From an uncultured virus (IMG/VR IMGVR_UViG_3300025280_000025) (Duplodnaviria > Heunggongvirae > Uroviricota > Caudoviricetes): DNA of 64,000 nt. A program made the translations under genes and the position numbers. This document shows, piece after piece, positions 9,883 to 19,568 of this stretch. Position 1 is the stretch's first letter. Every line of letters begins with the position of its first letter. The DNA is taken from IMG/VR virus record IMGVR_UViG_3300025280_000025, one strand, 5' to 3'. The notes under the pieces were generated by a model. It worked only from the letters and a program-made list of their open reading frames with translations, was not told where the DNA came from and made no database searches.

Positions 9883-10208
9883 TAATAACCCCTCTTCCTA
9901 CTTGCGGGCCTTTTAGCACCCAATCTAACTCCTCTTGTAGTCTTTCTTCTATTAGGCTTCTTTCTATTACTTCGATTCCAAAGTCTACCATATTCATCTC
10001 TAAAGCTTTTCTCTCCGCCTTCATCATCTTCTTCTTCTTCAGGTTCTTTCTCAGGTTGTTCAGGATCTGCTGGTGTCTCTTCTTCTTCTTCTTCTCTTTC
10101 CTCTTTAGGGAGAGGAATTGGATAAGGATCTCCAGTTCCTGGTAATGGTTTAACCCGTCCCCAGTCATCAACATGTTCGCGTGGTACTCTTCTTAGATGC
10201 CAGCCCAT
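9882..10208 (-). CDS. First array protein: acidic tract, then TTRGVRLGAKRPASRKRGY
   Basis: Preceded by the repeated RBS AAAGAGGGGTAGGTATG. Confidence 0.7.
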   Translation of the reverse strand: MGWHLRRVPREHVDDWGRVKPLPGTGDPYPIPLPKEEREEEEEETPADPEQPEKEPEEEEDDEGGEKSFRDEYGRLWNRSNRKKPNRRKTTRGVRLGAKRPASRKRGY

Positions 10209-10224
10209 ACCTACCCCTCTTTCT

Positions 10225-10416
10225 TTAGTTTCTATCTTTAATCTGTTGCTTATACAGTATTTCTAATCGTTTAATAATATCTCTCTGCCCTGCCCTAAAG
10301 ACAGCAGCATTAACAAACTCATCTATGTCCTTACCCTCTTGGAATTCAGTCGGAGGAAACTTTGGCTTTAGAAATTCTAGTAGTTCCTCGTCTATCCTTG
10401 GATTCTTCTTTGACAT
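10225..10416 (-). CDS. Small conserved podophage protein (T7 gp6.5-like position)
   Basis: PRIDEELLEFLKPKFP...FRAGQRDIIKRLE pattern. Confidence 0.55.
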   Translation of the reverse strand: MSKKNPRIDEELLEFLKPKFPPTEFQEGKDIDEFVNAAVFRAGQRDIIKRLEILYKQQIKDRN

Positions 10417-10543
10417 TACCTGCCTCCAACTCTTCTAGTCTCTTGTCAAAATCTCTTAGCAATAAAAGCTCTTCGGCAGGCATAATTCTTGCCTGAGGAT
10501 TTTCTAGTCTCATATATATACTTAACAATCTCTCACTTTTCAT
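10346..10543 (-). CDS. Hypothetical protein
   Basis: RBS AGGAG; overlaps both neighbours. Confidence 0.5.
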   Translation of the reverse strand: MKSERLLSIYMRLENPQARIMPAEELLLLRDFDKRLEELEAGNVKEESKDRRGTTRISKAKVSSD

Positions 10544-12440
10544 CAGTTTCTCCTATGATATCTACAATTTCACAAGAACCCCCAACACAAGCTAAAGTAT
10601 GAGAACTTACAGTTGTATCTTCTTGTTCATATTTTCTCAAGTCTTGCCAATTAATATCTTTTGGCATACACATTAATAAATTATTATATTCTTCTTCGGT
10701 TATAGCCTCAAAGGGAGCTTGCTCATAGATGTGATCAGTATGAGGCAAGAATGATATACCTGATACCCATTCCCAGTTATTCCAAATCCATTGCCCTATA
10801 TCCATAAAGTTTTCATCAATATAATTGATAGTAACACTGGGTTTATGTTCACACCACGCTTGTTGATACAATAACCATAGTTCTAAATGCTCCAGAGGAT
10901 CATAGTCTTCATAAGTCAGTGAATCCACTGGACTTTTTGTTGGAAATGAGAAGACTGTAGTATGCTCTGGCTTCTGTATACATGGCTCGTGTGGTATACC
11001 TTTGTCTATCATGAATTGACATACGGGATTCTGTGTATCAATCCTAACTCTTCTTATATAATAAGGGGCATAGCGTGGATGTATACCAGATGAAGTACCT
11101 GCTACACATGAAGTAGTTCCCGAAGGCTTGCAACATGTTATGGATTTTGAGGGAGATATACCTAGCTTCTCTGCCCATTCTTTATTTGTCTTTCGGGCTT
11201 CTTCCTTTAAGCATTCTAGTACTTCTCTTAGTCCTTGGCTAGTAGTAGACATAAGTTTGTTATCATATATTCCAGTAAAGGATACACCTAATAAGCGTTC
11301 ATCCTCACAGTTTGCTTTCCAGTCAGGGTCTAGATAACTAAACCTAGTACAGGCTGACTGTATAGTTCCTAATATAGTAGCATGTCTAACCTTTTGCCTT
11401 AAGGTAGGCAGGTTGTCATAAGGTCTTACTACTACTTCAGTTAGGTTACAGAATTGTTTAGGTCTTAAGATAATCTCACTACAGGGATTGGTTCCCCATT
11501 CGCTTTGTTCTCTACCTGCAGCCATAGCAATTTTATTCATAGCCTCTCGATTACAGATACCTCTCTCGCCTGATCGGGAATCATATAACTCAGACCACTC
11601 CTCTAAGAACCTACCTAGTGAGGGCTTAGAAGTATAGACAGCTGAGTTATTACTAAGTGCCCTATGTCCATCATGTTCCCACCATGGACCAGTCTTAGCC
11701 CTTGACATTTCTCTGTCACTTAAATCAGATAAGGATATTAAAGCAGATCTTCTCACTCCACCAGCAATAACTATCTCGCCTACCATACATATAATATCGT
11801 GGACTTCTAGAGGGGATAGCCGTCTGCCTTCGGCATTATAGAACAACTTAACCACGAACTTAAACAAACGTTCAAGTGGTTCGGGTCCAGATGCTCTTCC
11901 TCCAAATGTTTTTAGCCTAGCTCCCTTTGGTCGCACTTGAGACGTGTCCCAAGTTGGATGGAACCCACCATAAAGAGCTGATAATAGCTCATTTAAGGAG
12001 TCAGCCCACCCCCGTCTAGAATCATCCACTATTATAGTTAATTTATCATCCCTTAATACCTTAGGTACAACGGGAAGTTGTTCAGTTTCTTTACTCTCGC
12101 ATGAGAATCCTACTCCTGTACCGCAGCACAGTATATACAATACATCAGAGAAGCTTCTTATTGTATTTATGGGTAGGTAAGAACAGTTGTATAGACATGT
12201 ATCGTCTACCTCTGCAGCTGCACCAGCTGTCATTAGTGCTCTCATTGAAGGGAAAATCTCTCTCTTGATAGTCGATTGTTTTATTTTGTCCCAATCTTCT
12301 CCTAATATTTCTGGAAAGCGGTCCCCAAAGTAGTCGAAGTAACGGTTTACACACTGCTCCCAGCTTTCTCTTCTACCAAGATCGTCCCTCCATTTACAAT
12401 AGCTTCGTGTTACCACAAATTCCTGAAATTGATCCATCAA
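10533..12440 (-). CDS. nrdJ: Class II (adenosylcobalamin-dependent) ribonucleotide reductase
   Basis: PSMRAL, YNCSY, GGVRRSA, TNPCSEI, QFCNLTEV, KPSGT and the C-terminal CVGGSC cysteine pair. No beta subunit nearby. Confidence 0.92.
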   Translation of the reverse strand: MMDQFQEFVVTRSYCKWRDDLGRRESWEQCVNRYFDYFGDRFPEILGEDWDKIKQSTIKREIFPSMRALMTAGAAAEVDDTCLYNCSYLPINTIRSFSDVLYILCCGTGVGFSCESKETEQLPVVPKVLRDDKLTIIVDDSRRGWADSLNELLSALYGGFHPTWDTSQVRPKGARLKTFGGRASGPEPLERLFKFVVKLFYNAEGRRLSPLEVHDIICMVGEIVIAGGVRRSALISLSDLSDREMSRAKTGPWWEHDGHRALSNNSAVYTSKPSLGRFLEEWSELYDSRSGERGICNREAMNKIAMAAGREQSEWGTNPCSEIILRPKQFCNLTEVVVRPYDNLPTLRQKVRHATILGTIQSACTRFSYLDPDWKANCEDERLLGVSFTGIYDNKLMSTTSQGLREVLECLKEEARKTNKEWAEKLGISPSKSITCCKPSGTTSCVAGTSSGIHPRYAPYYIRRVRIDTQNPVCQFMIDKGIPHEPCIQKPEHTTVFSFPTKSPVDSLTYEDYDPLEHLELWLLYQQAWCEHKPSVTINYIDENFMDIGQWIWNNWEWVSGISFLPHTDHIYEQAPFEAITEEEYNNLLMCMPKDINWQDLRKYEQEDTTVSSHTLACVGGSCEIVDIIGETDEK

Positions 12441-12455
12441 AATTCTCCTAACTTC

Positions 12456-13190
12456 TTATAGCCCATCTTTAGGGCTCCACATATTTATGATCTCTTTGTC
12501 TTTTAAATTATAATCACCATCTCTAAGTATTCTTACACATTGTCCCATAGCTTTTGCTATATCCTCAACATCATGCTTACCTTTTGGTTTATACTTATCC
12601 TCATTGTATAGCTCTACTATATTCTTATACCAATCTTCGTATTCCCATTCATCCAAAAATTTTTCAGCAGTTTTTTTGCCAACTCTCCATAGTCCTGATA
12701 TACCATCTGTTGAATCACCTGCCATCCACTGTATACAGAACCACCGTTCAGCTTCTTCATTACTAATGTATGAAGGCTTCTTGTCCTTCTCTGGATTGAA
12801 GTGCCATCCTGGAACCCCCTTTAAATCCTTGTCTATAGTAACAGAGATAGCCTTACCTCCTGAGCTATATATTCCAAGGATATCATCAGCCTCTAACTCA
12901 GGTAGTACTAGATATTCATGGCTATCTCTTATAGTTTGAAATACCATACTAAGAGAGTCTGGTTTATAGACATCCTTTCGGTTCTCTTTATAAGCAGGAA
13001 GAGACTTCTTTCTAAAATTCTTCTTTGAACTTAAGGCTATCTTAACTTCCTTAATACCATCTGGTGTCCACTTCTTTACCAATCCAGCCAATAGGCCATC
13101 TACTGCAAGATCTCCTTCAGCATCTACAACAAAGGCAATCTTCCAAGCAAGTATATCTCCATCCAGTATAGCTTTATTCGGTTTCTTCAT
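12456..13190 (-). CDS. 5'-3' exonuclease (T7 gp6-like)
   Basis: ILDGD, NFRK, YKENR, LEADD, DKDL and GDSTDGISG motifs. Confidence 0.9.
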   Translation of the reverse strand: MKKPNKAILDGDILAWKIAFVVDAEGDLAVDGLLAGLVKKWTPDGIKEVKIALSSKKNFRKKSLPAYKENRKDVYKPDSLSMVFQTIRDSHEYLVLPELEADDILGIYSSGGKAISVTIDKDLKGVPGWHFNPEKDKKPSYISNEEAERWFCIQWMAGDSTDGISGLWRVGKKTAEKFLDEWEYEDWYKNIVELYNEDKYKPKGKHDVEDIAKAMGQCVRILRDGDYNLKDKEIINMWSPKDGL

Positions 13191-13923
13191 CATCCTCATC
13201 TTCTTTCTCTTGTGGACCAAACTGTTCTTCGATAAGGTCTACTAGCTCTGAGAACAATTCCTCTGGAGATATAGGCTTTTCCATATTTCTTCTGGCAGTA
13301 CACGCTTTACATTGACACTCCACATGATTGCCTGTCTTTAGTCCACACCATATAGGAACGAATTCACAGACTTTACTCTTAAGTTCTTCTAAAGTCCCAT
13401 CGTTATTAAGTATGTGGGTAAATATAGATCTATAATTAGATTGTTTATTATTATCAATATCCCTAGCTAGTGCTTCACTCTCATGCTTACGCCATTGATT
13501 ATTCTTAATAACTTTTTTACCTTGAGATAGGAAAAGTAATGTAGCATTCTGCTCCATACCTAATCCAAGTTCATTAACATATCGACAGTCGTCCACAATA
13601 ACCACTCTCTCCCAGAACTTAGCACCTTTATATAATGCTTCTATCTCTTCCTTTTTAATAGCATGTATTCTCTCTCTCATCTGTTTAACCCAATAGTCAT
13701 GGTCATCTTTCCTAAGCAATGATCCTTTTGCTTGACAAAACTTTCTATATTTAACGGGATGTTTCTCTTTAATATATCCCTTAGCTATAGCCTCATCTTT
13801 AATAGGTTTAGCAAAGCCTTCAAGTACAGGTACCATACCATTATTAAACGCTTCGCTTGCTATTATCTTGGCTACTGTCGTCTTTCCAATCTCCGCCTGT
13901 CCAGCGATAAAAATAATTTGCAT
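13174..13923 (-). CDS. Deoxynucleoside monophosphate kinase-like P-loop protein
   Basis: GQAEIGKTT, FAKPIK, DDCRYVNE, HESE and NDGTLEEL motifs. Confidence 0.75.
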   Translation of the reverse strand: MQIIFIAGQAEIGKTTVAKIIASEAFNNGMVPVLEGFAKPIKDEAIAKGYIKEKHPVKYRKFCQAKGSLLRKDDHDYWVKQMRERIHAIKKEEIEALYKGAKFWERVVIVDDCRYVNELGLGMEQNATLLFLSQGKKVIKNNQWRKHESEALARDIDNNKQSNYRSIFTHILNNDGTLEELKSKVCEFVPIWCGLKTGNHVECQCKACTARRNMEKPISPEELFSELVDLIEEQFGPQEKEDEDDEETE

Positions 13924-14359
13924 CTTCTAACTCCTTACATAATTCATCTGGGCTTACATGTATCTTTACATTTGCTCCCATTATATTTAACATTTTACTA
14001 GCGATTACAGTACACGATCCCTTGGGTTTCCAATTAGTGAAGTGTCGCATTACAAACCACCAAAGTCCAACGGCAAATACAGACCATTTCCTTGGTGGAA
14101 GAAAGGCTTCATTTAATTCCTCTATACTAAGGTCTGTCGCACCAATATAAAATATCTTTGTAGGCTTTAGTACCCTGTGAATAACTCTTTCTTTTACCCA
14201 AGAAGTATAGTCATCCCTAGATACATGTAAAACCATTCTTTCTTCTTTAGTCTCATATGCTATACTGCAATGATCATACTTATTTCCAGTACACCACTTC
14301 ATGCAGTCATGTACCCACCATAGATTCAGATCATAGAATATAGCATATATATTCATCAT
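13844..14359 (-). CDS. Permuted papain-like (NlpC/P60 YiiX-type) protein
   Basis: His before Cys (YDHCSI ... SCT) and terminal SPDEL. Confidence 0.5.
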   Translation of the reverse strand: MMNIYAIFYDLNLWWVHDCMKWCTGNKYDHCSIAYETKEERMVLHVSRDDYTSWVKERVIHRVLKPTKIFYIGATDLSIEELNEAFLPPRKWSVFAVGLWWFVMRHFTNWKPKGSCTVIASKMLNIMGANVKIHVSPDELCKELEDANYFYRWTGGDWKDDSSQDNSKRSV

Positions 14360-14676
14360 TGGTATTGAATAGATAAGCCCAAGTAAACAGCAAGAGCATG
14401 TTCTACTCTGGCACCTTCAGACTTTTCCCATCCTCTTAATAGATACATGGCATCTACATTAAATATCTCATCAATGTCTCTCTTAAGTGCATCTTTATAA
14501 TTCACACCATACTCAGGACCATATTCTTCATCCATACGTGCGGGGTTTATTACTTCGTATACTCTTTTAGCTTCTAGTAATCTTTCTGCTTTATAAAAGG
14601 CGGGATAATTTTCCTCTTCGTGTCCTCTCATGGGACCTGCTATATATATTTTAATTCTATTATTTGTTAGTGGCAT
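14356..14676 (-). CDS. DUF4406 / nucleoside 2-deoxyribosyltransferase-like protein
   Basis: KIYIAGPMRG, INPA and GWEKSEGARVE motifs. Confidence 0.85.
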   Translation of the reverse strand: MPLTNNRIKIYIAGPMRGHEEENYPAFYKAERLLEAKRVYEVINPARMDEEYGPEYGVNYKDALKRDIDEIFNVDAMYLLRGWEKSEGARVEHALAVYLGLSIQYQ

Positions 14677-16364
14677 TCACTCCAGTTCCTTCCTATCCTA
14701 TACTCCCCATCCATAGGTATTTTACATTCTAATCTTTTTCCTGCTTCAACTATTGAACTTACACCTAGCTGTCCTATTTCTTCTGCGATGTTTGGCTTGC
14801 ACTCAAGCTGCCATTCATCATGAACAGTAGCCATAAGTTTAACGCTATCTTTCCACTCATCCTTAGAGTGTATAGCATCATAGAAGATTACCAAAGCCAG
14901 CTTCATAAGTACAGCTCCATCACCTTGTATCTGTACATTCAATGAAGAATGTTTAGATCTACACGGTACTTCTCTCTTATCTAGCAATGTTACTGTACCC
15001 TTCTTAGCTACTTGGAATTTACAATTCTCAATTAATTTCTTTAACGCAGGCATGTTGTCTAAGAACCTTTTCTTAAGTTCTGCTCCAGCACTAACACCTT
15101 TGTCAATGATCTGTCCTATTTTACCATTACCTGCCCCATAAATCAAGGCGTAAAAGAAAGTTTTTGCATCATTTCTGTCACTGAGTCCAGCTTGTTCTTG
15201 GTTGTGCTCATGTATGTCTCCGTTAAGAACCAATGCTCCGTACTCTCCATTGTCCCATGCAGCCATACGATTCGCTAACAGCCGTGCCTCTAATCCACTG
15301 GCATCAATACCAAGTTGAACCCATCCCTCTTGTGGGACAAACAGAGCCCGTGCTCTTGGGTCTCCAGATACTTGTTGTAAGTTAGGTTGACTAGCTGTCA
15401 TCCTACCTGTCACAGCACCTTGAGGATTAATTGATCCGTGTATCTTACCATCTCTTGATAGCCCAGCCCTAATGATCCAGTCAGATAACATACTGCCTAG
15501 CTTTGTCATTTCAAAACATTTAGAAAGCATCTTAGCTTCTGGATATTTTAGCTTGCTTAGTACGGCTTCATCTACCTTAGGATTTCCCTTGTCTGTTAGT
15601 GGGGGTTTCCATCCATACTTCATACCTAATCTCTTAGCAATTTGTTGCCGTGAGTTAGTGTTGAAGTGTTCAACAGAATCTTTTAACCTATTGCCTGTCT
15701 TTTCTGACCATCTCTCTGTTGTAATGGGTGGAAATATACGACACAGCTTGTCTTCTACGCCAGCCTTCTCCATCATTAGCTCTTGCTCTAGTCTTTCGGC
15801 ACCCTCTATGTCAAAGCCCATACCATTTTCCATCTGTTCGGATAGGATAGTACTTACTCTTTGTTCAGTAGTTATAATGTTATTATGATTTACTATGAAA
15901 GACTCTTGCTCTTTGTATATAGCTTCGGATACTTCTACATCTTGTATACAGTACTTAAGCATTTGCTCTGAGAAAGAATCGAATCCTCCATCATACTCAT
16001 CTTTCATAACCCTAAGCTTCTTGCCCCAGTTCTTTAAACTGTTGCCACCTAGAGGATGATTTCTAATATCAGGATACATTATCCTAGAAACAATTAGAGT
16101 ATCTATAGTTGTTACATTAATAGGACCATAGAATCTTTCAAGTACAGGTATATCGTACATGATTATGTTATGTCCTATCAAGGTGTCGGCTTGTCGTAAC
16201 AAGTTAACACCCTCTTCTATCTGGTGTTCTTTAAAAGTATAGACTTTACCTGTGTCTATATCTTTAGCTACAATACACCAGACTTTAGAAACTTCGGGGT
16301 TGTGATTTTTATCTATCGTAACTTCACGCAACCCATTTGCTTCTATGTCAAATACAAGTTCCAT
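14667..16364 (-). CDS. Family A DNA polymerase (T7 gp5-like)
   Basis: FDIEAN exonuclease I, GHNIIMYD, DASGLEAR, AKTFFYALIYG and VHDEWQ motifs. Likely start MELVFD. Confidence 0.95.
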   Translation of the reverse strand: MELVFDIEANGLREVTIDKNHNPEVSKVWCIVAKDIDTGKVYTFKEHQIEEGVNLLRQADTLIGHNIIMYDIPVLERFYGPINVTTIDTLIVSRIMYPDIRNHPLGGNSLKNWGKKLRVMKDEYDGGFDSFSEQMLKYCIQDVEVSEAIYKEQESFIVNHNNIITTEQRVSTILSEQMENGMGFDIEGAERLEQELMMEKAGVEDKLCRIFPPITTERWSEKTGNRLKDSVEHFNTNSRQQIAKRLGMKYGWKPPLTDKGNPKVDEAVLSKLKYPEAKMLSKCFEMTKLGSMLSDWIIRAGLSRDGKIHGSINPQGAVTGRMTASQPNLQQVSGDPRARALFVPQEGWVQLGIDASGLEARLLANRMAAWDNGEYGALVLNGDIHEHNQEQAGLSDRNDAKTFFYALIYGAGNGKIGQIIDKGVSAGAELKKRFLDNMPALKKLIENCKFQVAKKGTVTLLDKREVPCRSKHSSLNVQIQGDGAVLMKLALVIFYDAIHSKDEWKDSVKLMATVHDEWQLECKPNIAEEIGQLGVSSIVEAGKRLECKIPMDGEYRIGRNWSECH

Positions 16365-16950
16365 TTTGTATCTCCTGTGGTTGTACATTATCAATTGCGT
16401 CTTGAATATTTTCACAATCAACATTTAAAAAGTTTGCTATCTTAGTCATCTCTTCTTTAGTGTTGTCTAAGATATCTTCAAAGTAAACAGTTATAGATTC
16501 TATGTTCTTGTTTCTATTTAAAAACTTTCGCACCTCTCTATAATTATTTCTACGAATTACTCCAAGCTTTTGTAGAGTGGGTATGTCTTCCAACATTTCC
16601 ATTCTCTCTTGCGAGGAGGATGTCACCTTGACTTCGGCTTCGTATGCTTTCATAAGACTATTGTCTTGATCTGTAAGAGACCTCCTCTTACAAACAATAA
16701 CTTTACTTACGTGTTCAGAAGCCACCTTGTTTAACCAGTGACCAAATACTTTAACCGCCATGCCTTTAAACTGAAGTCCAACCCCAGCCATTAAGACCTT
16801 GTAGGGCAGGTCATAATAGCCTCTGGGGTTTAGTGACTTCACGGGGAAGTCTGGATGGAAGGGCATGCCTGCTATAGGCATCTTCCATATCTTCAGTGTC
16901 TGCATTAACAGGCTTGTGCCTGCCCTACCAGAGCCTGTAATTATTATCAT
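16348..16950 (-). CDS. Sulfotransferase-family protein
   Basis: IIITGSGRAGTSLLM PAPS-binding loop, NPRGYYD, KVIVCKR and YFEDIL...IANFL motifs. Confidence 0.7.
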   Translation of the reverse strand: MIIITGSGRAGTSLLMQTLKIWKMPIAGMPFHPDFPVKSLNPRGYYDLPYKVLMAGVGLQFKGMAVKVFGHWLNKVASEHVSKVIVCKRRSLTDQDNSLMKAYEAEVKVTSSSQERMEMLEDIPTLQKLGVIRRNNYREVRKFLNRNKNIESITVYFEDILDNTKEEMTKIANFLNVDCENIQDAIDNVQPQEIQNGTCI

Positions 16951-18668
16951 AACTCGTCTCGGTCTAGTACTATGTTGCCATCGTCGGCTAGTGCCCATCC
17001 AATCTCTTGCATTCTACCAGTTATGTGATCATAATACAAGCAGGATGCTACTCCAGCCTTACCTGTTAACCTATTCTTTAATACTCTAATAGTTGTTGTG
17101 TTAGCTAGGATGGGATCAGGGTTTTGCCTGTCTCTCTCTAGTGCTATAACAGTATTAGGTACACTCGACAGAGAACCCGAACCTCTTAAGTCCTGCAAGG
17201 TAATCCTGTCTCCTTCTTCATAAGCTTTCTGAGTCTTCTTGAGTTGTGATACCACATCAATATGAACTCCAGTCCTACTAACTAGTCCTCTAAGTTCTTT
17301 CATTATGTTATCAATTAACAGTCGCTCTGAGTTGCCTCCTTCATAATCATTACTAATGTTAAGCAGCCCAGTTGCAGCAGCAGTTATGTGATCTATTATA
17401 ATTACATCTACTCCTAAAGATACAGCCATGAATTCAATTCTAGAACAGAGGTTCTGTAAACCATTGTTACCTAGGTGATCATAGATATATAGAGAAGTTT
17501 CAGCTAAGGCTCTCTTGCCTTCAGCATACTCTTCATCAGTTAAATCATCTATAATGTTTAAAGATATTTCTTCTTTACCTAGTTTAGTTCTTAGTTCATT
17601 CATAATCTTAGAAGCTCTTAGTGCTCTTACTGGTTTATTAATTACCAATGAAACTAAATCATCAACAGTTTCCCGTGGTGATTCTTCTAACATGATAGCT
17701 CCTACAGATCTACCTTCTTTAAGATGATCAATTATAATCTCTCTTAGAATAGTAGACTTACCTGACCCAGTACCAGAAGTCCATAGAGTTATCTCACCAC
17801 TTCGTTGTCCCAATAGAAACTCCGTTAGAGAATCAAAGGGGAAGGGGTACACTACCTCTACAGCATCTTCTTCTAAGTCATTAGTAATAGAAGACACATG
17901 TAGTATTTCATCTGGAGAATACCTTGGTGCTTCCCATATTGCCTGAAGTACTGCCTTGCTTTCACCATTCAGTGAACATTCGTTAGCATCTTTAAAAGGC
18001 AAGGCTGCTATCTTACATTTTCCTGGTGGTAGTATCTCTGCTACTCTTTGAGATGCTTCTCTTCCTGCTTCGTCCATGTCAAACATTAAGACGATCTCTT
18101 CATAACTACTTAGGAATTCTAAGTTATCACGAACAGATTTCACAGCACCAGAAGCACCATTAGGTAGGCTAACTACAGGCCATTTGTTATCTTGAATTTG
18201 ACTGACTGTCATGCAATCATATTCACCTTCGGTAACTATAATCTTCTTACCACCTTTGTTCTTCCATAGTTGTTGTCCAAACAGTTGTGGCTTTGTAGAA
18301 TCTCCTCTCCATTGAAAGGATTTGTTTGCTCCTCTAAGTTTCTGTGCGACCACCTTACCATCTCGGTAATAGCTACTGATCTCTACTCTTTTTCCATCTT
18401 GAGAGTGAGTCAAGTAACCATATAGCCGTGCTGTCTTTACATTGATCTTGCGATCATTGATAGCTTTGGCTGTGCCTTCTAGAAACTTAAGTTCTGTCAT
18501 AGGTTTTGCTTTAACCATTAGAAGTTCCTTATTATTTTTGTGTTCATAATGTTCACAAGCAAAACAATACTTGTGTCCATCATCATATACCGCTAAATTG
18601 TCTTGAGAATTATCCCGCCCGTGCTGAGCACAGACAGGACATTGTTCCCTACTAATTACATTTGACAT
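16947..18668 (-). CDS. Primase-helicase (T7 gp4-like)
   Basis: Zn ribbon CPVC..CFAC, Toprim TEGEYD/FDMD, Walker A GTGSGKST, IIDH, LRGSG and KNRLTG motifs. Confidence 0.96.
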   Translation of the reverse strand: MSNVISREQCPVCAQHGRDNSQDNLAVYDDGHKYCFACEHYEHKNNKELLMVKAKPMTELKFLEGTAKAINDRKINVKTARLYGYLTHSQDGKRVEISSYYRDGKVVAQKLRGANKSFQWRGDSTKPQLFGQQLWKNKGGKKIIVTEGEYDCMTVSQIQDNKWPVVSLPNGASGAVKSVRDNLEFLSSYEEIVLMFDMDEAGREASQRVAEILPPGKCKIAALPFKDANECSLNGESKAVLQAIWEAPRYSPDEILHVSSITNDLEEDAVEVVYPFPFDSLTEFLLGQRSGEITLWTSGTGSGKSTILREIIIDHLKEGRSVGAIMLEESPRETVDDLVSLVINKPVRALRASKIMNELRTKLGKEEISLNIIDDLTDEEYAEGKRALAETSLYIYDHLGNNGLQNLCSRIEFMAVSLGVDVIIIDHITAAATGLLNISNDYEGGNSERLLIDNIMKELRGLVSRTGVHIDVVSQLKKTQKAYEEGDRITLQDLRGSGSLSSVPNTVIALERDRQNPDPILANTTTIRVLKNRLTGKAGVASCLYYDHITGRMQEIGWALADDGNIVLDRDEL

Positions 18669-18793
18669 TAACTACTCCATGGCATTTTTGTTTTCAGCCA
18701 GTTCCATAGTGGAGTGCCAATCAATGCTCCCGCTACGAATACTACTATTGAATAAAATACTGTACCTAATGCACTACTTAAAATTACATCCAT
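18668..18793 (-). CDS. 41-aa single-TM peptide (not in ORF track)
   Basis: MDVILSSALGTVFYSIVVFVAGALIGTPLWNWLKTKMPWSS; RBS AAGGAG; TAATG-coupled to gp4. Confidence 0.7.
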   Translation of the reverse strand: MDVILSSALGTVFYSIVVFVAGALIGTPLWNWLKTKMPWSS

Positions 18794-19175
18794 CAGTTTT
18801 CTCCTTGTAAATTTCCATTACTATTTTGCCTGCCCATGCTAATGAGATTGCACCTGTTGCAATCACTACGGGAAGGAAGAACCAACTAGCATACAATGCT
18901 AGTGCATAATTTAATATAACAAATAACACTCCACCTATCAACGGCCTCCAACCCATTCGTCCACCAGTAATAACAAGAAGAGCCATACCGCTAAGAGTAC
19001 AAATACCACCAAGCCAGCCAAGCATAGGACTACAGCTAGAAACTGGAGTACTAATAATCTCAGAAGCTTGAGCAATCTTACTATTGGGTGTACTAAATAT
19101 GTTTTGAAATCCATTACAGCCTCCTAGTATTGCGAATACTAAACCCCCAAAAATTTTTTGCAATATTTTTCCCAT
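18774..19175 (-). CDS. Lipoprotein-signal protein with ~3 C-terminal TM helices
   Basis: ILGGC lipobox. Homolog at 31738-32127. Confidence 0.7.
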   Translation of the reverse strand: MGKILQKIFGGLVFAILGGCNGFQNIFSTPNSKIAQASEIISTPVSSCSPMLGWLGGICTLSGMALLVITGGRMGWRPLIGGVLFVILNYALALYASWFFLPVVIATGAISLAWAGKIVMEIYKEKTDGCNFK

Positions 19176-19187
19176 ATTTTCTCCTTA

Positions 19188-19568
19188 TCAAAGTTCATTA
19201 ATTCCTAATATAAAATAACCACCATCATAACAGTTCGGTGCCCATTGTTTACAGGCATAAACTTTTTGAATCTGAGTATCATCTTCCCACAATACTCCAT
19301 TAAATGAATCGAATATTGCTTTAAGATAATTATCTATATCAGCTCTCGGAGCCGACAGTTTTGTTTTCTTGGGACGTTTAACATATATTTCTACATCCAC
19401 TTCTAGTGGTGAAGTATATGGAATCGTAGCTGAATCAAACATTTCTTCAACTAAATTCGCCATGTCTTTTCGAAAAGTTTTATAAGGGCCAGCAAAGTAG
19501 GCCCCATGTTTTGTAACACGGGGTCTACTGGCTGCCACTGGACTAATTGGGAACGTCCACTCAGGCAT
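19188..19568 (-). CDS. rusA: RusA-family Holliday junction resolvase
   Basis: P....RPR and DIDNYLKAIFDSFNGVLWEDDTQI motifs. Confidence 0.9.
   Translation of the reverse strand: MPEWTFPISPVAASRPRVTKHGAYFAGPYKTFRKDMANLVEEMFDSATIPYTSPLEVDVEIYVKRPKKTKLSAPRADIDNYLKAIFDSFNGVLWEDDTQIQKVYACKQWAPNCYDGGYFILGINEL

Larger units (their letters stand above)
7896..10228 (-). repeat. Dispersed gene-junction repeat (minus strand ...CTAAAAGAAAGAGRGGTARGTAATG)
   Basis: Copies at ~7896-7930, 8453-8520, 8932-8996, 9880-9950 (diverged) and 10206-10228. Confidence 0.85.

Noticed and set aside
7896..10228. Junction repeats as a CRISPR array, or KRKRGR as a eukaryotic NLS
   Set aside because: Spacing is 300-950 bp and coding, with no cas genes. 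The context is a bacteriophage with Shine-Dalgarno sites.
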